DNA from: Halobacteriales archaeon
GTDB lineage: Archaea > Halobacteriota > Halobacteria > Halobacteriales > Hikarchaeaceae
Direction of reading: 5' to 3'
NCBI GenBank assembly: GCA_042219475.1
Contig: JBDGPX010000121.1
Location: 232-64,231 of the forward strand
Length of the DNA stretch: 64,000 nucleotides
Shown: piece by piece, positions 58,813 through 64,000 of the stretch
How the letters are laid out: every line of letters starts with the position of its first letter
Position numbering within the stretch: position 1 is the first letter of the stretch
The notes under the pieces: model-generated
What the model was told of the DNA's origin: nothing
Database searches by the model: none
Seen by the model: only the letters and a program-made list of their open reading frames with translations
Made by a program: the position numbers and the translations under genes

Positions 58813-60062
58813 CTATTGCCCCCGTCGGTGATGGGCTCGTTGGCCTCCTGTTCCTGTTCGTCTTTGGCGTTCTGTTCGTCGATGGCCTTGGCGACGCGGT
58901 TGGCGAAGCGCTCCTGGTAGCCGTGGTACTTCGCGAAGCCGGTCGCGTCAGCCTGCTCGATGTCCTGAACCGTTTCGGTGTTGAACGAGGCCGCGCTCTC
59001 GGAGTAGACCGCGTATTCACTCTCCCGCCCGACTGCCCGGGCCTGGCCGCCCTCGAATTTGATCGTCACCGTGCCGGTGACCTTCTTTTGGGTCACGTCG
59101 ATGAAGCCATCAAGCGCCTGTGCGAGGGGTCCGGCCAACAGTCCCTCGTAGGCCTTCTGGGCCCACTCGTCGTCGACCTGCTGTTTGAACTGCCGTTCGT
59201 TTTTCGTCAGTACGAGCCCCTCGAGGGCCTCGTGGGCGGCCAGCAGCGTCGTCGCGGCAGGGTGTTCGTAGTTCTCCCGGACTTTCAGGCCCATGATGCG
59301 GTCCTCCATCAGGTCCGTCCGACCGATCCCGTAGGAACCAGCGAGGTCGTTTAGGTATTCGATGAGTTCGACCGGCTCGTAGTGCTCGCCATCGACGGCG
59401 ACGGGATAGCCATCCTCGAAGGTGATCTCGATCGTTGCGGTGTCGGCATCGGGGTTATCCGTCCACTCGTAGATATCCTCCGGCGGGACGTAAGCAGGGT
59501 CCTCGAGTTGGCCGCCTTCGACCGACCGACTCCAGAGGTTCGTGTCGATGCTCCAGACACCCTCGTTGCCACCTTCAACCGGGAGACCCTTCTCGTCGGC
59601 GTACTCCTTTTCCCACTCGCGGGTCAGTCCCATCTCCCGGATCGGCGCAATCACTTCGTAGTCGGTTTCACGCCAGACGGCCTCGAACCGGAGCTGATCG
59701 TTGCCCTTGCCCGTTGCCCCGTGGGCGAGTGCTTCGGCATCGTACTCCTCGGCGACATCGAGGATGGCCTCGGCGATTACTGGACGGGCCAGAGCCGTCC
59801 CGAGTGGATACCCCTGATAGGTAGCGTTCGCCCGGACGGCGTCCAGACACTGCTGGGCGAAGGCGTCCTGGGCGTCGACGACGTGGTGGGGCATACCGAT
59901 TGCTTCGGCGGTCTCGATCGCCTCGTCGAACTCCTCGGGCGGTTGGCCGACGTCGACGGTAACGGCGATGACCTCATCGTAGCCGTATTCTTCCTTCAAC
60001 AGCGGCACACAGACGGTGGTGTCGAGCCCACCGGAGAATGCGAGTACAACGCTTTGTGTCAT
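58809..60062 (-). CDS. argG: Argininosuccinate synthase
   Basis: AFSGGLDTT P-loop; GATGKGNDQLRFE. Confidence 0.95.
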   Translation of the reverse strand: MTQSVVLAFSGGLDTTVCVPLLKEEYGYDEVIAVTVDVGQPPEEFDEAIETAEAIGMPHHVVDAQDAFAQQCLDAVRANATYQGYPLGTALARPVIAEAILDVAEEYDAEALAHGATGKGNDQLRFEAVWRETDYEVIAPIREMGLTREWEKEYADEKGLPVEGGNEGVWSIDTNLWSRSVEGGQLEDPAYVPPEDIYEWTDNPDADTATIEITFEDGYPVAVDGEHYEPVELIEYLNDLAGSYGIGRTDLMEDRIMGLKVRENYEHPAATTLLAAHEALEGLVLTKNERQFKQQVDDEWAQKAYEGLLAGPLAQALDGFIDVTQKKVTGTVTIKFEGGQARAVGRESEYAVYSESAASFNTETVQDIEQADATGFAKYHGYQERFANRVAKAIDEQNAKDEQEQEANEPITDGGNR

Positions 60063-60398
60063 ATCTGGAGTCTGAAGGCCACTATAGTTAAATTACACGA
60101 TTTATAGACTGAAAAAATACCTCGGACCGATGACTACACATACCAGGGCAACGGTGCTGAGGGGTGCAGAGCAAACCGGGAACGAGGGGAGAGTATAGAT
60201 GGGGCTATCGAAGCCCCGGTCGTCGCGGTCGTCGGGAAAAGACGTCGTGGACGGACCCGCCGGTGCCGATAGTGGCACGCGATGTTGCGCGGATCCGTGA
60301 CATGTGATTGATCAATACCGGCTTGGCGGTATTAAACCCTTACGACCCGTTCGTCCGCGGCCGTGAACGCTTTTGACACGCGTGGCCGATGAACGGGT

Positions 60399-60605
60399 AT
60401 GGATCGTTCGCATGGGGGGATCACGGTCGATCTGTTGCTCAAAGTGGTCCTCGGGCTCGTGATCGTCTGGTTGCTCCTCGAAATCCTCGAAACAGCCCTC
60501 GATATCGTGTTCGGACTGTTCGGCGCGCTCTTCGGAGTCCTGCGACCGATCGTTGTCGTCCTCATTGTCGTCTTCGTGGTTATCTGGCTCTTGGACCGAT
60601 TGTGA
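60399..60605 (+). CDS. Small hydrophobic membrane protein (hypothetical)
   Basis: 68-aa ORF with two long hydrophobic helices. Confidence 0.45.
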   Translation: MDRSHGGITVDLLLKVVLGLVIVWLLLEILETALDIVFGLFGALFGVLRPIVVVLIVVFVVIWLLDRL

Positions 60606-60650
60606 CGACTCGCCCGGCACTCTCTTTTTGCTCGCTGCTGTAGTACGGTT

Positions 60651-61157
60651 GTGCACAGTCTGAACGTCCCGGTGCCACCCCGGGTGACGCGGGTCATCGA
60701 TGAGCTCTCGCCGTTGGTGGCCAACCTCGATTCGATCCGCGAGCGACCGACACTGCTGGTCAAGCGGCTCGGTTCGCTCGATCCGGTCGAATTCGATCGA
60801 ACCGAAAAGACGGTTCGATCGACGGTGGTCGGGACGCCGAGTTTCGAGATCGCGGCGACGGGGATCGATGTCTTCCGGGATCCGCCGAACGGTCCCGGTC
60901 CGGTCGTCTACTTAGCGGTCCGTAGCCAGGAATTGGACCGGCTCCACCGGCGGCTCGTTGCCGAATTCGGGGCGACGGAAGGTCTCGAAGGCGATGGGTA
61001 CGTTCCCCATATCACGCTCGGTCGCGGCGGCGATCCTGCGACGATCGAGACGCTTCGTGACCGACCGTTCGAACCCATCAGATGGACGGTCACCGAATTG
61101 GTGCTCTGGGATGCGAAACGACAGGTCACCGCGGGGACGATCCCGCTGCCGGCCTGA
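60651..61157 (+). CDS. 2H phosphoesterase superfamily protein (2'-5' RNA ligase/LigT-like)
   Basis: 168-aa ORF with C-terminal-half motif YVPHITLGRGG and the beta-alpha pattern of LigT-like proteins. Confidence 0.6.
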   Translation: MHSLNVPVPPRVTRVIDELSPLVANLDSIRERPTLLVKRLGSLDPVEFDRTEKTVRSTVVGTPSFEIAATGIDVFRDPPNGPGPVVYLAVRSQELDRLHRRLVAEFGATEGLEGDGYVPHITLGRGGDPATIETLRDRPFEPIRWTVTELVLWDAKRQVTAGTIPLPA

Positions 61158-61163
61158 CTCGAT

Positions 61164-63329
61164 TCAGGGCATCGGCGGCGGCTTCTCGTAGGCATCGTGA
61201 TCCTGATAGAAATTGAGCATCGCGTACGGGAACTTCTCCGGCTCGACGTCGATCAACTCGCCGCGCTCGTCCGGCGGGAACGTCTTCCGGACGCTGTACT
61301 GGCCCATATCCGCCGCGGTGTAGCGTTCATCCAACAACACCCGGACACCGATCTCGTCAGGCGCCCGGAGGACCCGTCCCAATGCTTGGCGCGTCTTGCG
61401 GATCGTCGGGATTTCGACGGCGTACTCCCAGCCGGGATCGGCCGTTCGGTCGGCGAACACTTCGCTGTAAGCTCGCTGGACTGCCTCGAGGCGTTCGTCG
61501 AGATAGGGATACGGGACGCCCACCACGACGACGGTGTGGGCGGCGTCGCCGTCGAAACTCACTCCTTCAGTAAGCGTCCCCCACAGCGAGGTCAACAGCG
61601 CCGCGTGGTCCTCGCCGACGAACGATTGACGGCGGTCCTCCGCTCGAACGCCCGGCTCATCGACATAGAGGGTCGCATCACCCGGATCGAGCCGCTGGGC
61701 GTACCGGTCGACCTCGCTGTAACTCGGGAAGAAGACGAGCGTGTTCCCCGGCGTTAGCTCGATCGCGTGTTCGATTGATTCGGTGATCGTCCCCTGGACC
61801 GTTGGATCGTCGCGCTTGCTTGCGAACAATGCCGGAGTACTCACTGCGAAGGTCCGCCGGTTCTCGATGGGGAACTGTAACCCATAGGCGATCGTCATCG
61901 GGTTGGCCATTCCGAGTACGTCGGCGGTGACGTCGAAGGGTCGCAACGTCGCGCTCATCAACACACTGGCGTGGACCTGTGAGAACAGCTCGCCGGTGAC
62001 CGTCCGTGGGATACAGGTGTACAGCTCCGCCCGGCCATAGAGTTCGCCGGTGGCATCGCGGCGGACACCGACCGTCGGATACTGTCCCAGCTCGGTTGTT
62101 TCCTCGAGATACAACTCGATGAATTTCGCCGCCGTCAGCGTCGGGCAGTCCTTGCGGGTTTCGCTGTCGCCGGTTCGATAGGCTTCCTCGTAGCGCTGAT
62201 CGAGTGTCTGGCCGAGCCCGATCGCCGTCTCCAGATCCGCCTTGAACCCCTGGCCGCTGTAGGTCTGTAGGAACTCGAGGGTGAGATCATCGCGACGGTC
62301 CTCGTTCTCGACGGGGATGTCGGTCCACTCCTCGCCGACCGCCTCGCGGTCGCCGAAGCCGAGGCCGTCCTCGTAGCTCTCGATGAGCGCCGTCTGGAAC
62401 GTCGCGATGACGTTCATCGCCGGATCGGTTCGGGGATCGTCGAGATCATCGAGCTCCTCAAGGGCACGATCGAGCGTCCGTTCGGTGAGCGTTCGGTTCG
62501 CGTGATCCCGGGCGGCTCGCTCGATGTTGTGCGCCTCGTCGAACACCGTGATGATGTCCTCGGGCTCGCGATCGAGCCAGCGGAAGAACTGCCGGCGGAT
62601 GTCCGGATCGAGGAGATGATGGTAGTTACAGACCACTAGGTCGATGTCCTCCATCGCTTCTTTCAACAATTCATAGCCACAGAATCCATGCTCGTGGGCG
62701 TAGTCGTAGATCTCATCGGGCGTCCGGACGTCCTCGAAGAGCCACCCGAAGAAGGCGTCCGTGTTCTGGGTCAGGTTCGCATAAAACCGGTCGCAGATGT
62801 TCCGATCGCGCAGGGAGTCAAGCTCCGATTCGAGGGTTTCGAGCTCGTCCATGACGGCCGCCCGGGCCGTGGTCGCGTCGGCATCGCCGGCCTGGCTTTT
62901 TTCGAGGAGCTCCCGCTGGCGGGCTTGGAGTTCCTCGAGATCGCGCTCGGTGTCGACCACTTCGAAGGTGTTGTCCCGGAGGACTTGGCACTCCTCGTAG
63001 CCGACGTCGATATGACACATCGATCCCTTCCCGCGGAAGACGACGGCTCTGATCGGTTCGCTCGCGGTGATCGCTCGGGCGTCCTCGACGAACTGCCACA
63101 TCTGTTGGTGGACGTTGGTCGTGATCACGACCGTCCGGCCCGTTTGGCGAGCGTGTTCTAAGGCCGGCACCAGCGCCGCGAGCGTCTTGCCGGTGCCACA
63201 GGCGCCCTCGAAGAGGACGTCCCGACCGCGGGCGAGGGCGTTGGCGACCCGGTCCATCGCCTCGCGTTGCTGCTCGTAAGGGGCCTCGTAAGGGAAAAAG
63301 CGCAGATATTCCGGCTCCGAATTGGCCAC
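61164..63329 (-). CDS. XPD/Rad3-family 5'-3' DNA helicase with Fe-S domain
   Basis: 721-aa ORF. GACGTGKT, four Cys (SMCH, EECQ, NICD, FCGY), DEAH box VFDEAHNIE. Confidence 0.9.
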   Translation of the reverse strand: MANSEPEYLRFFPYEAPYEQQREAMDRVANALARGRDVLFEGACGTGKTLAALVPALEHARQTGRTVVITTNVHQQMWQFVEDARAITASEPIRAVVFRGKGSMCHIDVGYEECQVLRDNTFEVVDTERDLEELQARQRELLEKSQAGDADATTARAAVMDELETLESELDSLRDRNICDRFYANLTQNTDAFFGWLFEDVRTPDEIYDYAHEHGFCGYELLKEAMEDIDLVVCNYHHLLDPDIRRQFFRWLDREPEDIITVFDEAHNIERAARDHANRTLTERTLDRALEELDDLDDPRTDPAMNVIATFQTALIESYEDGLGFGDREAVGEEWTDIPVENEDRRDDLTLEFLQTYSGQGFKADLETAIGLGQTLDQRYEEAYRTGDSETRKDCPTLTAAKFIELYLEETTELGQYPTVGVRRDATGELYGRAELYTCIPRTVTGELFSQVHASVLMSATLRPFDVTADVLGMANPMTIAYGLQFPIENRRTFAVSTPALFASKRDDPTVQGTITESIEHAIELTPGNTLVFFPSYSEVDRYAQRLDPGDATLYVDEPGVRAEDRRQSFVGEDHAALLTSLWGTLTEGVSFDGDAAHTVVVVGVPYPYLDERLEAVQRAYSEVFADRTADPGWEYAVEIPTIRKTRQALGRVLRAPDEIGVRVLLDERYTAADMGQYSVRKTFPPDERGELIDVEPEKFPYAMLNFYQDHDAYEKPPPMP

Positions 63330-63544
63330 AGTCCGGTATTGGTGGGCGTGGATAAAAAGGCGAAGGGACTCGTCGGCGACCTGGATCGATGGCGCCGGTG
63401 TTGTCTCGGGTGAGACCTCACGTCGTCTCGCTCTCTTGGTGAAGCGATTGAGTCCACACCCCCGCCATCACGCCGGATCAGGCCGCATCCCAGAGCCCTC
63501 ACGTTAAGTATCAACCGACACTCACCGCCGATAGAACGATACTA

Positions 63545-64000
63545 ATGGCGTCAAGCAAGTCGGTGGTGATCGCAGCCCTCTTCGCGAACGGAGCCATTGC
63601 CGTGTTGAAATTCATCGGATATCTGCTGACACAGAGCCCGGCCATGCTGTCCGAGACGTATCACTCGATATCGGATACGGGCAATCAGGTGTTCCTGCTG
63701 ATCGGGTTGCGCTATGGGGAACGATCGCGTACCCGAGCCCATCCGTTCGGCTACGGGAAAGCGCAGTTTTTCTACTCGTTTCTCGTCTCGGTCCTGCTCT
63801 TTGGCATCGCCGGGTGGGAATCCGCCAAACACGGATACAACGCGATCATGCATCCCCACATGCCCGATCTGGCGGACCCGACGCTCTTTGGATTCACATT
63901 CCCCGGTGTCTGGGTCAATTATAGCGTCCTGATCGGGGCGATCCTCTTCGAGGCGTATGCCCTCAAAAAAGCGTACGCCAACATGAAAGGCCAGATCGAG
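63545..64000 (+). CDS. Cation diffusion facilitator (CDF) family transporter, N-terminal part (continues beyond the window)
   Basis: Own translation: MASSKSVVIAALFANGAIAVLKFIGYLLTQSPAMLSETYHSISDTGNQ...HPFGYGKAQFF. HSxxD metal-site motif in TM2. Open to the window end. Confidence 0.8.
   Translation, partial: MASSKSVVIAALFANGAIAVLKFIGYLLTQSPAMLSETYHSISDTGNQVFLLIGLRYGERSRTRAHPFGYGKAQFFYSFLVSVLLFGIAGWESAKHGYNAIMHPHMPDLADPTLFGFTFPGVWVNYSVLIGAILFEAYALKKAYANMKGQIE

Overview
This window is a chromosomal segment of a haloarchaeon (class Halobacteria). Evidence: most genes have about two-thirds G+C, the proteins are strongly acidic, and TATA boxes sit about 25-30 nt upstream of starts (leaderless style). 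The malate dehydrogenase and bacteriorhodopsin are near-textbook. I can support about 58 protein genes, no rRNA, no tRNA, no CRISPR array and no complete IS element.

Main content:
1. Light/retinal module: an FeS-type cryptochrome/(6-4) photolyase plus a CCD carotenoid oxygenase (3.5-6.6 kb), and bop - crtY - brp with a divergent Brz-like zinc-finger gene (10.5-13.7 kb).
2. Many DNA repair and replication genes: hel308, hef, uvrB, uvrC, an NAD-dependent ligase and an XPD/Rad3 helicase.
3. Methionine/SAM-cycle genes (ahcY, metY, metX, thrC), with an unusually long, repeat-rich, structured spacer between ahcY and metY.
4. A roughly 10-kb island of visibly lower GC (44.6-54.9 kb). It holds a peptide-type ABC transporter, a Rieske protein and two paralogous amidohydrolase-2 genes. 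Its right edge carries a 213-bp MITE-like element with 9-bp target-site duplications and an unexplained GC-rich hairpin cluster.
5. A LysW-type arginine cluster (argG argH lysW argX argF) that lacks argC/B/D/E between argX and argF.

Three non-coding stretches (10193-10481, 36775-37363, 54221-54966) are too long for ordinary haloarchaeal spacers and are the best places to look for undescribed RNAs or regulatory elements. I could not assign any of them to a known RNA family by eye. Most long ORFs in the track that lie opposite or out of frame to the calls below are high-GC shadow ORFs.
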